Positions 1-9,581 of a DNA stretch of 32,000 nt are shown piece after piece (the stretch's first letter is position 1; each line of letters starts with the position of its first letter). Origin of the DNA: Mycobacterium tuberculosis H37Rv (GTDB taxonomy: Bacteria > Actinomycetota > Actinomycetes > Mycobacteriales > Mycobacteriaceae); NCBI RefSeq assembly GCF_000195955.2, contig NC_000962.3, positions 4,200,001 to 4,232,000 on the forward strand. Reading direction: 5' to 3'. The notes under the pieces are model-generated. The model made no database searches and was not told the DNA's origin. It was given only the letters and a program-made list of their open reading frames with translations. The translations under genes and the position numbers were made by a program.

Positions 1-242
1 CGAGTTCCCGAGGGCGCCGGGCGCACAATGACGAAAAATTCGTCGTCGACGTCGAGTAGCCCGAAGACGGCTCCCGCGCTACGCAGCTCACGCAGTTCCG
101 TCTCGGCAGCCCGCAGACTGGTCAACGCTTTGGGGCCCATCGGAGAGCAGCGCCAGCGGCCCTCTTCACGCACAACCGCAACACCGAAACCGTCCGGTGT
201 GTCCGCGGCCGGTCTTTGCATGGAGGCCCGTTGTGCTCCCAT
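1..242 (-). CDS. Partial CDS (3' end beyond left edge), conserved actinobacterial protein normally adjacent to tadA (tRNA adenosine deaminase-associated, Rv3753c-like)
   Basis: Manual minus-strand reading from ATG at 242: MGAQRASMQRPAADTPDGFGVAVVREEGRWRCSPMGPKALTSLRAAETELRELRSAGAVFGLLDVDDEFFVIVRPAPSGT..., open to the window edge. It is missing from the ORF track because no stop lies in the window. Confidence 0.8.
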   Translation of the reverse strand, partial: MGAQRASMQRPAADTPDGFGVAVVREEGRWRCSPMGPKALTSLRAAETELRELRSAGAVFGLLDVDDEFFVIVRPAPSGT

Positions 243-354
243 GGGCGCCTACGGTAGTCGCTGACCAGGCCTCCTGACCAGATGGTGCTCAGACAGCGGA
301 GATCTGGTCGCCCCTCAGGGCGCCGCCACGGGCTACCTATGCCAACCTTGGACT

Positions 355-1326
355 GTGACTCGGACTGTCGCGGCGCCACCGGTGTGCGTGCTTGGGCTGG
401 GACTCATCGGCGGTTCCATCATGCGGGCCGCCGCAGCGGCGGGCCGTGAAGTCTTTGGCTACAACCGGTCGGTGGAGGGTGCCCACGGCGCCCGCTCCGA
501 CGGGTTTGATGCCATAACCGATCTCAACCAAACGCTAACCCGGGCCGCCGCTACCGAGGCGTTGATCGTGCTGGCCGTTCCGATGCCGGCCTTGCCAGGC
601 ATGCTCGCCCATATTCGCAAATCGGCACCTGGCTGTCCGTTGACCGACGTCACCAGCGTCAAATGCGCGGTTCTCGACGAGGTCACGGCGGCTGGTCTGC
701 AGGCGCGCTACGTCGGCGGTCACCCGATGACGGGCACCGCGCACTCGGGTTGGACCGCCGGTCACGGCGGCTTGTTCAACAGAGCCCCCTGGGTGGTCAG
801 CGTCGATGACCATGTCGACCCCACGGTGTGGTCGATGGTGATGACGCTGGCGCTGGACTGCGGGGCGATGGTGGTGCCCGCCAAATCCGACGAGCACGAC
901 GCCGCCGCTGCTGCCGTCTCGCACCTGCCACACCTGCTCGCTGAGGCGCTCGCCGTCACTGCGGCCGAGGTACCACTTGCCTTCGCGTTGGCTGCAGGGT
1001 CTTTCCGCGATGCCACCCGGGTGGCAGCCACCGCTCCTGACCTAGTGCGGGCAATGTGTGAAGCTAACACCGGCCAACTGGCGCCGGCCGCGGACCGGAT
1101 CATCGACCTGCTGAGCCGTGCGCGTGATTCGCTGCAATCCCACGGTTCGATAGCCGACCTCGCCGACGCGGGCCACGCCGCACGCACACGCTATGACAGC
1201 TTCCCGCGCTCCGACATCGTCACCGTCGTTATTGGCGCGGACAAATGGCGCGAGCAACTGGCCGCCGCGGGGCGGGCGGGCGGGGTGATTACATCCGCTC
1301 TGCCAAGCCTGGATAGTCCACAATGA
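355..1326 (+). CDS. tyrA: Prephenate dehydrogenase
   Basis: 323 aa ORF with N-terminal Rossmann motif [12 protein letters not shown], plus [10 protein letters not shown] and a TyrA-like C-terminal region. GTG start at 355; ATG at 421 is an alternative that would delete the Gly-rich loop. Confidence 0.9.
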
Positions 1327-1888
1327 ACCCGTCGGAGTCGACGGTCACGGTGGTGTCAGCCACCGGTGAGCGCAGCTTGATCCCATCCAGACGTCCTTCG
1401 CTGGTATAGCTCACGGTGGCCGCATCGACGCTCATCTCGGGCACGTTTACATAGACCACCGGCAGCGCGATCGATTCCGCTCGTTCGTGCAGCCCAAGGC
1501 GACGAATCGGCAACGCATTGAAGAATGGACTGAACACCAAATCGATGTCCAATGCACCGTTGTATGCTGCGCGCCGTTCACCCTGGTGGTCAGTCACCAA
1601 CCACATGTTCTCCTCGTCGCGGGCGATGGCGAGCTGGCGTTCCCGCTCGGCTAGTGTGACCGTCAGCCCGAACCGTTTGGTGGCACCGGTTTCGTCGGTC
1701 TGCAGATCGTAGTGCGCGCCAAACGCCGGATTATTCGCGGTAGCCGCGGCCACAATGCGGCCGTTCGCCCTAATCCGCTTGCCGGACAACTGGACTCGTA
1801 CCGATTCCATGCGCGAGATGTCCTGCGCACGCCAGGTCAACATGGCCGGCCAGACGCGCGGAGTCAGATCAGAGGGGACTGCGTTCAC
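1289..1888 (-). CDS. Conserved hypothetical protein (about 199 aa)
   Basis: ORF 1289..1984. The GTG at 1888 avoids overlap with proZ and starts just upstream of [22 protein letters not shown]. Overlaps the tyrA 3' end convergently by 38 bp. Confidence 0.7.
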
Positions 1889-1893
1889 ACTGT

Positions 1894-2613
1894 CTACCGT
1901 AGGGCGTGTCCACCGCCTGCGGCAGGTTTGTCGACAACCGCGGCGAGCTTGCGCATCCTCCCGGTGCCCGGCACCGATACCCACCCCGCCAACGCCAGCA
2001 GTCCGTCGAGGGTCAACGCCAACGCGGCCACCATCATCGCACCGACCAGAGCGATGTGGAATCGACGCTCCTTGATCCCGTCGATCAAGTAGCCACCCAG
2101 CCCCCCGAGACTGGCGTAGGCGGCCACCGTCGCGGTGGCGACCACTTGCAGCGTCGCGCTGCGTAGTCCGCCGAGCATCAGCGGTAGTGCATTGGGTACC
2201 TCGACGCGCAGCAGCACCTGGGACTCGGTCATGCCCATCGCCCGGGCGGCATCGACCACCAGCGGATCAACACTGGCAATGCCGGCGTACGTGCTGGCCA
2301 GCAAAGACGGGATACCCAACAGCATCAGCGCCACCAGCGGCGGCCCCAATCCCAGCCCGAATAGCAGCACCCCTAGCAGCAGAACACCCAACGTGGGCAA
2401 AGCGCGCAAACCATTGACCGCACCCACCACCAGCAGCGTCCCGCGACCGGTGTGCCCGATAAGCAGCCCGACTGGCACGGCGATCAGTGCTGAAGCGGCC
2501 ACCGCCACCGCGGTGTATTCCAGGTGCTCACACGTGCGGACTGCCAAGCCGACTGGACCGGTCCAGTTACTGGCGGTTAGCAGGTAGGACAGCGCCTGCT
2601 GCAGGAAATTCAT
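1894..2613 (-). CDS. proZ: Osmoprotectant/glycine betaine ABC transporter permease ProZ
   Basis: MNFLQQALSYLL... 239 aa, multi-TM BPD permease with the signature EVPNALPLMLGGLRSA; in a pro operon. Confidence 0.9.
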   Translation of the reverse strand: MNFLQQALSYLLTASNWTGPVGLAVRTCEHLEYTAVAVAASALIAVPVGLLIGHTGRGTLLVVGAVNGLRALPTLGVLLLGVLLFGLGLGPPLVALMLLGIPSLLASTYAGIASVDPLVVDAARAMGMTESQVLLRVEVPNALPLMLGGLRSATLQVVATATVAAYASLGGLGGYLIDGIKERRFHIALVGAMMVAALALTLDGLLALAGWVSVPGTGRMRKLAAVVDKPAAGGGHALR

Positions 2614-3299
2614 CGCGCTCCGCCCGTGATCGGGGCCGCGACCTGGCGGCGCCGACGGGCTGCCCGCGGCGCCCGTTCCCATGGCGTGGCCAGCCGACCG
2701 GCGAGGTTGATCACCACGTCGACGACAATCGCCAGCAGGAACATCGCTACGACGCCGGCAACGATCTGGTCACTCTTGTTGGTCTGATACCCCGCGGTGA
2801 ACCAGGTTCCCAGGCCCCCGATTCCTATCACCGAACCCACGGACACCATCGCGATGTTGGTAACCGCGACCACCCGCAGCCCGGCTACCAGCACGGGGAT
2901 AGACAGCGGCAGTTCGACTTTCAACATCTGAGCGATCCGCGAATAGCCGATGGCGGTGGCCGCGTCATGCACCTGCGCCGGCACCGCGTCCAGCGCTTCG
3001 AGCACCGCCCGCACCAGCAGGGCCGTGGTGTAGGCCGCCAACGCCACAATGACATTGGCCTCGTCGAGGATCCGGGTTCCGATGATCAGCGGCAACACCA
3101 CGAATAGCGCTAGCGACGGGATGGTGAATATAACGCTGGCGGTCGCCGTCGTCAGCCGGCGAAGCAGCGGCGCGCGCTGCACCAGCAGGCCCAACGGCAC
3201 CGCGCTCATCAGCCCGATCAGCACCGGCAGCAACGAGAGGCGCAGATGGACGACGGTCAGCGCCCAGGCCGCTCCCGGGTGGGTCATCAGGTAGTGCAT
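2610..3299 (-). CDS. proW: Osmoprotectant/glycine betaine ABC transporter permease ProW
   Basis: 229 aa, permease loop KVELPLSIPVLVAGLR; overlaps proZ and proV by a few bases. Confidence 0.9.
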   Translation of the reverse strand: MHYLMTHPGAAWALTVVHLRLSLLPVLIGLMSAVPLGLLVQRAPLLRRLTTATASVIFTIPSLALFVVLPLIIGTRILDEANVIVALAAYTTALLVRAVLEALDAVPAQVHDAATAIGYSRIAQMLKVELPLSIPVLVAGLRVVAVTNIAMVSVGSVIGIGGLGTWFTAGYQTNKSDQIVAGVVAMFLLAIVVDVVINLAGRLATPWERAPRAARRRRQVAAPITGGAR

Positions 3300-4417
3300 G
3301 GCTTAGCTCCGCCGCCGGCCTTCTTGCCTTTTTGGAACTCGGCCAGCACGTCGGCGGCCAGTATCCCGCCGATGACCTTGCCACCGCCGTCAACGGCGAC
3401 ACCGACCCCCGACGGCGAGGACAAGGCGGCGTCCAGCGCCTGGCTGAGGTTACCGTTCGGGCGGAACACCGAACCGCCGACGGTCATGGCATCCGACAAT
3501 GCCGCGCCGCCGCGGTGACGCCGCCGGCCATCGGCGTCGATCCAGCCCAACGGCGCACCCGCACCGTCGACCACCAGCACCCAGCCGTCACGAACTTGCC
3601 TGTCCCGGGCATCGGAAAGGCCGTTCACCGAGACTTGCTCGATGTCGCGCACAGGTAGTCCGGCCGCGTCGAACAGCTGCAGCCACCGATAGCCGCGACC
3701 GAGACCGATGAACTTCGACACGAAGTCATTCGCCGGACTGGATAACAGCCGGGCAGTTTCGTCGTACTGCGCAAGCGCGCCGCCCGGGGCGAACACCGCC
3801 ACCAGATCGGCGAGCTTCAACGCCTCGTCGATGTCGTGCGTCACGAAGACAATGGTCTTGTGCAACTCGGCTTGCAGACGAAGTATTTCGTTCTGTAGCT
3901 CGTGGCGAACCACCGGGTCGACGGCCGAGAACGGCTCGTCCATCAACAAGATCGGCGGATCGGCCGCGAGTGCCCGTGCCACGCCGACCCGTTGCTGTTC
4001 GCCGCCCGAGAGCTGGGCCGGGTAGCGGGTGGCGACCTTGGGGTCCAGCCCGACACGCTCAAGCACCTCATAACCGGCTTTGCGGGCTGCCCGGCGCGGC
4101 TGACCCTTCAGCACCGGCACCGTTGCGACGTTGTCGATGACCCGTTGATGAGGCATCAGCCCCGCGTTCTGGATGACATAGCCAATTCCCAGGCGCAGCT
4201 TCACCGCATTGACCGTCGACACGTCGGTACCGTCGACAGTGATGGTGCCCGAGGTCGGATCCACCATTCGGTTGATCATTCGCAGCGCCGTCGTCTTGCC
4301 GCAGCCGGAGGGGCCGACGAAGACGGTCAGCATGCCGTTAGGGACTTCCAGCGTCAGCCGGTCTACGGCGGTGGCACCGTGTGCGTACACCTTGCTGACA
4401 TCGTCAAAGCAGATCAA
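3287..4417 (-). CDS. proV: Osmoprotectant ABC transporter ATP-binding protein ProV
   Basis: Walker A GPSGCGKTT, signature LSGGEQQRVGVARAL, Walker B ILLMDEPFSAVD, switch VFVTHD; C-terminal CBS-like tail. Start taken as TTG giving (M)ICFDDVSKVY; the longer ORF starts at 4468. Confidence 0.9.
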   Translation of the reverse strand: MICFDDVSKVYAHGATAVDRLTLEVPNGMLTVFVGPSGCGKTTALRMINRMVDPTSGTITVDGTDVSTVNAVKLRLGIGYVIQNAGLMPHQRVIDNVATVPVLKGQPRRAARKAGYEVLERVGLDPKVATRYPAQLSGGEQQRVGVARALAADPPILLMDEPFSAVDPVVRHELQNEILRLQAELHKTIVFVTHDIDEALKLADLVAVFAPGGALAQYDETARLLSSPANDFVSKFIGLGRGYRWLQLFDAAGLPVRDIEQVSVNGLSDARDRQVRDGWVLVVDGAGAPLGWIDADGRRRHRGGAALSDAMTVGGSVFRPNGNLSQALDAALSSPSGVGVAVDGGGKVIGGILAADVLAEFQKGKKAGGGAKPCTT

Positions 4418-4425
4418 CGTGGTGC

Positions 4426-5373
4426 CTACTGCCGCACTGGATGATCGAAACCGTTGTCCCGCACCCATTTCCGCGCGGCCTGGTCGGGGTCCACCCCGGA
4501 GTTGCCGGACACCGCTGCATTGAGCTCGGCCAGGCCGGCAGTGGTCAGCTTTGCCGACACCGCGTCCAGCACATCTTTGAGGTGATCCGACTTCTTTCGC
4601 GAATTCACAAGCGGCACAATGTTTCCGGCTAGGAAGTTATGTTCGGGATCTTCCAGCACCACCAGGTGGTTTTGCGGGATAGCCGCAGAGGTGCTGAAGA
4701 GGTTGGCGGCTGTGGCCGTTCCCTCCACCAGTGCTCGCACGGTCACCGCACCGCCGCCGTCGTTGATGGTCACGAAGTTGCCCGGCGCGATGTCGAGTGA
4801 GTATTTGTGCCGCAGCCCGGGCAACCCGGACGGCCGGGTCTGAAAGGCCGACGGCGCCGCGAACTTCACATCCGCGGAATGCGGGGCCAGGTCGGCGATC
4901 GTTTTCAGGTTCCACCGGGCGGCGGTAGCGGCGGTGACGGTGACGGTGTCAGTGTCAGAGGCCGGCGACGGCGTCAGGATCGACAGATCGCCGGGAAGTC
5001 GCTTGTAGAGCTCCAACTCAACGGCATCGAGCATGGTCACCGTGGCGTCGGGTTGAAAGTACAGCAGCAAGTTGCCGATATACTCCGGCACCAGGTCGAT
5101 GGAATGATCTTTGAGCGCCAGGATATACGTCTCTCGACTGCCAATTCCCAACCGCCGCCCCACGTCGAAACCGTTGGCCTGCAACACTTGTGCGTAGATT
5201 TCGGCGATCACCTGCGATTCCGGAAAATCACCGGACCCGACGACGATGGACTTCACACTGCCGGTCGCTGACCCGAGCGGATCAGCATTGGCGCAGGACG
5301 CAACCAGGCACACCGTCGCGAGCCACACAGCCGCAGCGACAGTTGCGCGACGTAGGCGTCGCAGCATCCTCAT
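4426..5373 (-). CDS. proX: Osmoprotectant ABC transporter substrate-binding lipoprotein ProX
   Basis: Signal peptide with lipobox-like LVASC (MRMLRRLRRATVAAAVWLATVCLVASCANADP), then a glycine betaine/choline-binding OpuAC-type domain (VVGSGDFPESQVIAEIYAQVL). Confidence 0.9.
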   Translation of the reverse strand: MRMLRRLRRATVAAAVWLATVCLVASCANADPLGSATGSVKSIVVGSGDFPESQVIAEIYAQVLQANGFDVGRRLGIGSRETYILALKDHSIDLVPEYIGNLLLYFQPDATVTMLDAVELELYKRLPGDLSILTPSPASDTDTVTVTAATAARWNLKTIADLAPHSADVKFAAPSAFQTRPSGLPGLRHKYSLDIAPGNFVTINDGGGAVTVRALVEGTATAANLFSTSAAIPQNHLVVLEDPEHNFLAGNIVPLVNSRKKSDHLKDVLDAVSAKLTTAGLAELNAAVSGNSGVDPDQAARKWVRDNGFDHPVRQ

Positions 5374-5486
5374 GCAGTTGACACTATCGTCAGCGGCGGC
5401 GCCGTGCTTCCACAACTCGGCATGTACTGGGATTTTTCCGGCGTGGTTTGGTTTCATTCTGTGTGGGATAGGACAAAAATGGTGTC

Positions 5487-5840
5487 ATGACCAGCAATCC
5501 CTCTTCCTCGGCTGATCAACCACTCAGCGGTACAACGGTGCCTGGCTCGGTGCCCGGTAAGGCACCGGAAGAGCCACCCGTCAAGTTCACCCGCGCCGCC
5601 GCCGTATGGTCGGCGCTGATCGTCGGCTTTCTGATCCTCATCCTGTTGCTGATATTCATCGCCCAGAACACCGCCTCGGCCCAATTTGCGTTCTTCGGCT
5701 GGCGCTGGAGCCTGCCACTAGGGGTGGCTATCTTGCTGGCGGCCGTGGGCGGCGGGCTGATCACCGTCTTCGCCGGCACCGCGCGGATCCTTCAGTTGCG
5801 ACGTGCGGCCAAAAAGACCCACGCGGCCGCCCTTCGCTAA
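5487..5840 (+). CDS. LapA/DUF1049-like small membrane protein
   Basis: 117 aa with two hydrophobic segments: ALIVGFLILILLLIFIAQNTASAQFAFFGWRWSLPLGVAILLAAVGGGLI. Confidence 0.8.
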   Translation: MTSNPSSSADQPLSGTTVPGSVPGKAPEEPPVKFTRAAAVWSALIVGFLILILLLIFIAQNTASAQFAFFGWRWSLPLGVAILLAAVGGGLITVFAGTARILQLRRAAKKTHAAALR

Positions 5841-5861
5841 CTGGGCATCCCCGACGCGGGA

Positions 5862-6917
5862 TTACCCGCTCTTCTTGGCAATCTCTGCCAGACCGCGAGC
5901 GATCAGCGGCGCAACAACGTCAGGCACCGACTCAGCCGCGGTGTCCTTCCCCTCGGCCTGCTCGGACATGCGTCGGCGGTAGTCGATGCCGGCGGCGATG
6001 ATGGCGAGCTTGAAATAGGCCAAGGCCATGTAGAACTCCCAGTGGCCTAGCGGCTGCCCGGAGACGAGTGAATACCGATCGGCCAGCTCGTCGGCTGCTG
6101 GCAGCAGCGGCGAAGTCCACGCTGCCTGCGCATGCACAATTAAGTCCAGCGCGGGGTCGCGGTATACGCACATCAGGGCCGCGTCGGACAGCGGATCCCC
6201 CAGGGTGGAGAGCTCCCAGTCCACCACCGCGCGAACATGGCATGGGTCATCGGTGTCCAAGATCGTGTTGTCGATCCGGTAGTCGCCGTGCACGATCGAT
6301 GTGCGGCTCTGTTGTGGAATGGCTTGCTGCAGGGCTAAATGCAGTCGCGAAATGTCGGCGTCGCGGTGGTCGTCGGGCAGCCGCACCAGCTCCCATTGTG
6401 ACCCCCACCGGCGCACCTGCCGTTCCAGATAGCCGTCGGGTTTGCCGAAATCGCTCAGTCCGACGGCCTTCGGGTCGATGCTATGCAAGTCGACGAGTAC
6501 CCGGATCAAGGCGTCGACACAGCCCTCGATGACCGAACGGCTGCCGAGCGCTTCGAGTTCGGCGCGCCGGCGCACCACTTGCCCGGCAACGAATTCGACA
6601 ACCTGGAACGGCGCGCCCAGCACCGAGTCGTCCTGGCACAGCGAGATCGTGCGCGCCACCGGAACCGGTGTGTCTCCCAGCGCGGCGACCACCCTGTACT
6701 CGCGGGCCATGTCGTGCGCCGACGGTGTCAGCCCGTGCAGGGGCGGACGGCGCACCAACCAGCTCGACGCGTCATCATAGACCCGGAAGGTCAGATTGGA
6801 GCGTCCACCGGAGATCAGCTCGCCACGCAACTCGCCGTCGCGCCCGATCCCCAGCGAACGCAGATACCGGTCCAGCGCGCCCAGATCGAGCCCGTCGAGT
6901 CGGTCAACCGAAGTCAC
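5862..6917 (-). CDS. fadE36: Phosphotransferase of the APH/ACAD10-N type (commonly labelled fadE36)
   Basis: 351 aa with the APH catalytic loop SIVHGDYRIDNTILD and VRAVVDWELSTLGDPLSDAA. No acyl-CoA dehydrogenase features seen. Confidence 0.85.
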   Translation of the reverse strand: MTSVDRLDGLDLGALDRYLRSLGIGRDGELRGELISGGRSNLTFRVYDDASSWLVRRPPLHGLTPSAHDMAREYRVVAALGDTPVPVARTISLCQDDSVLGAPFQVVEFVAGQVVRRRAELEALGSRSVIEGCVDALIRVLVDLHSIDPKAVGLSDFGKPDGYLERQVRRWGSQWELVRLPDDHRDADISRLHLALQQAIPQQSRTSIVHGDYRIDNTILDTDDPCHVRAVVDWELSTLGDPLSDAALMCVYRDPALDLIVHAQAAWTSPLLPAADELADRYSLVSGQPLGHWEFYMALAYFKLAIIAAGIDYRRRMSEQAEGKDTAAESVPDVVAPLIARGLAEIAKKSG

Positions 6918-6995
6918 CGAACTTGTTTACCACTCGCGCAATGCCCGGCTTTAGCTCAGGCCGCCTTCGACTCGGCGCCGAGCGGTACCGCCGAA

Positions 6996-8876
6996 CTACG
7001 GCGTCACGATGTTGAAGGCCGAATCGGGCCGGTCGAGGACGCTCAAGAATGTCTGCAGCACCGTCCGGTCGCCGAACACCTCGAAACCGGGTGAGCTGAT
7101 ATCGCCCAGCGCCGCGGCGACCAACCGAACCTTGTCGCCCACCGTCACCGTCGCGTTCGCCGTCGCCGGATCGGCGGGAAGCTTGCGATGTATCAACACG
7201 CCGTTGCGCAGCGTGAGCCGATAGTTGACATCCGGCTCGGTGAAGGTGAAATCGATGGCCAGGTCGAGGTCCCATGCGCGTGGGCCATTGATGCTGATCG
7301 CCAGGACGTCAAAGATTTGGTCCGGCGTCAGCTGGGCGAAAAACGTGGGCGCCGGGACTTGCCCGGAGCTGCCCGGGTTCCCGTCGCGCAGCTCGGCGGC
7401 CCCGGTCAGAAAGAAATTGCGCCAGGTCGCACACTCCGCGCCGTAGGCCAGCTGCTCCAGGGTGTCGGCATAGAGCCCGCGGGCCGCAGCGTGCTCGCTG
7501 TCGGCGAACACCGCATGGTCGAGAAGCGTTGCCGCCCAACGGAAATCACCTGCGTCGAAGGCTTCGCGGGCCAGCTCCAGCACTCGGTCGATGCCACCCA
7601 ACGCGTCGACATAACGCGGCGCCAGCGCCTCGGGCGGATGCGGCCACAACCAGCCCGGGTTACCGTCAAACCAGCCCATGTAACGCTGATAGATCGCCTT
7701 CACGTTATGGCTGACCGACCCGTAGTAGCCGTGGGTGTGCCATGCCCGCTGCAGCGCCGGTGGCAGCTGGAACATCTCGGCGATCTCCACACCGGTGTAG
7801 CCCTGGTTCAGCAGCCGCAGCGTCTGATCGTGCAGATATGAATACATGTCGCGCTGTTGCGACAAGAACTCGACGATCTTCTCGCGTCCCCACGTCGGCC
7901 AGTGGTGCGAGGCGAACACCACGTCGGTTCGGTCGGCAAAGGTGTCAATCGCCTCGGTGAGATAGCCCGACCAGGCGCGCGGATCGCGCACCAAGGCGCC
8001 GCGCAGGGTCAGCAGGTTGTGCAGGTTATGCGTGGCGTTTTCGGCCATGCACAACGCGCGGAAGCGCGGGAAATAGAAGTGCATCTCCGCAGGGGCCTCG
8101 GTGCCCGGGGCCATCTGGAACTCGATCTCCACCCCGTCGATGGTGTGGGTCTCCCCGGTCTCGGTGATGTCGACCGTCGGCACGACGAGCGAAACCTCAC
8201 CGGTCGACAGTGTCTGCCCGAGGCCGCAGCCGACGTGCCCCCGGAGACCGCGCGCCAACACGGTGCCGTACATGTAGCCCGCACGGCGCATCATCGCCGA
8301 GCCGGCGTAGATGTTTTCCTGCACGGCGTGCGCGGTGAACCCCTCCGGCGCCAGCACCGCCACCTTTCCCGCGTCCACGTCGGCCTGGGTGGTGACGCCG
8401 AGCACCCCACCGAAATGATCGACATGGCTGTGGGTGTAGATGACCGCGACCACGGGGCGGTCGGCTCCGCGGTGGGCGCGATACAAGTCCAGCGCGGCGG
8501 CGGCCACCTCGGTGGACACCAACGGGTCGATGACGATCAGCCCAGTGTCACCCTCAACGAAGCTGATATTGGAGATATCGAATCCGCGGACCTGATAGAT
8601 GCCCGGCACCACCTGGTAGAGGCCCTGTTTCGCGGTCAGCTGGGATTGCCGCCACAGGCTGGGATGCACCGATGTCGGCGCGGCACCGTCGAGAAACGAG
8701 TACGCGTCGTTGTCCCACACCACGCGACCATCGGCAGCCTTGATCACACACGGGGACAGCGCGGCAATGAATCCGCGATCGGCGTCGTCGAAATCCGTTG
8801 TGTCATGCAACGGTAACGAGTGTTCACCGTGTGCCGCCTGGATGACGGCAGTGGGAGGTTTGTGTTCCATCGGCAC
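6996..8876 (-). CDS. Alkyl/aryl-sulfatase of the metallo-beta-lactamase superfamily (SdsA1-like)
   Basis: Zn-binding motif THSHVDHFGG, downstream H residues (ENATHNLHNL, SHHWPTWG), C-terminal SCP2-like domain. GTG at 8876 or ATG at 8870 as start. Confidence 0.9.
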   Translation of the reverse strand: MPMEHKPPTAVIQAAHGEHSLPLHDTTDFDDADRGFIAALSPCVIKAADGRVVWDNDAYSFLDGAAPTSVHPSLWRQSQLTAKQGLYQVVPGIYQVRGFDISNISFVEGDTGLIVIDPLVSTEVAAAALDLYRAHRGADRPVVAVIYTHSHVDHFGGVLGVTTQADVDAGKVAVLAPEGFTAHAVQENIYAGSAMMRRAGYMYGTVLARGLRGHVGCGLGQTLSTGEVSLVVPTVDITETGETHTIDGVEIEFQMAPGTEAPAEMHFYFPRFRALCMAENATHNLHNLLTLRGALVRDPRAWSGYLTEAIDTFADRTDVVFASHHWPTWGREKIVEFLSQQRDMYSYLHDQTLRLLNQGYTGVEIAEMFQLPPALQRAWHTHGYYGSVSHNVKAIYQRYMGWFDGNPGWLWPHPPEALAPRYVDALGGIDRVLELAREAFDAGDFRWAATLLDHAVFADSEHAAARGLYADTLEQLAYGAECATWRNFFLTGAAELRDGNPGSSGQVPAPTFFAQLTPDQIFDVLAISINGPRAWDLDLAIDFTFTEPDVNYRLTLRNGVLIHRKLPADPATANATVTVGDKVRLVAAALGDISSPGFEVFGDRTVLQTFLSVLDRPDSAFNIVTP

Positions 8877-9046
8877 TACATTGCCACTACTACGGTGCAC
8901 GCCGGTAGATGCCGTTGGCGAACCACGCTACCGACCAGAAAGAGAGAATTTTCCGCCGCACCTAGACCTCGGGCCCTGCTAACGCGCATACTGCCGAAGC
9001 GGTCCTCAATGCCGATGGACCGCTACGACAGGCAAAGGAGCACAGG

Positions 9047-9526
9047 GTGAAGCGTGGACTGACGGTCGCGGTAGCCGGAGCCGCCATTCTGGTCGCAGGT
9101 CTTTCCGGATGTTCAAGCAACAAGTCGACTACAGGAAGCGGTGAGACCACGACCGCGGCAGGCACGACGGCAAGCCCCGGCGCCGCCTCCGGGCCGAAGG
9201 TCGTCATCGACGGTAAGGACCAGAACGTCACCGGCTCCGTGGTGTGCACAACCGCGGCCGGCAATGTCAACATCGCGATCGGCGGGGCGGCGACCGGCAT
9301 TGCCGCCGTGCTCACCGACGGCAACCCTCCGGAGGTGAAGTCCGTTGGGCTCGGTAACGTCAACGGCGTCACGCTGGGATACACGTCGGGCACCGGACAG
9401 GGTAACGCCTCGGCAACCAAGGACGGCAGCCACTACAAGATCACTGGGACCGCTACCGGGGTCGACATGGCCAACCCGATGTCACCGGTGAACAAGTCGT
9501 TCGAAATCGAGGTGACCTGTTCCTAA
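9047..9526 (+). CDS. lpqH: 19 kDa lipoprotein antigen LpqH
   Basis: 159 aa [48 protein letters not shown]; canonical lipobox LSGC. RBS-like AAAGGAG upstream of the GTG start. Confidence 0.98.
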   Translation: MKRGLTVAVAGAAILVAGLSGCSSNKSTTGSGETTTAAGTTASPGAASGPKVVIDGKDQNVTGSVVCTTAAGNVNIAIGGAATGIAAVLTDGNPPEVKSVGLGNVNGVTLGYTSGTGQGNASATKDGSHYKITGTATGVDMANPMSPVNKSFEIEVTCS

Positions 9527-9581
9527 CCTAAAGCGTGTCGATGCGGGCTGTGAACAGCGCGTCGGAGCCGGGCAGTCAGGC

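Noticed and set aside
28-264. 78 aa plus-strand ORF MTKNSSSTSSSPKTAPAL...
   Set aside because: Antisense to the partial minus-strand CDS (1..242), whose translation looks like a genuine conserved protein.
2487-3107. 206 aa plus-strand ORF antisense to proW/proZ
   Set aside because: GC-rich shadow ORF with low-complexity R/P/H composition; the permease frames on the minus strand are convincing.
7857-8816. 319 aa plus-strand ORF
   Set aside because: Antisense to the alkylsulfatase gene; composition (RRGAR, HHVGS) is typical of GC-skewed antisense frames.
9047-9526. Thr/Ser-rich linker of LpqH considered as a novel low-complexity element
   Set aside because: It is the known glycosylated linker region of the 19 kDa lipoprotein, so it is not new.
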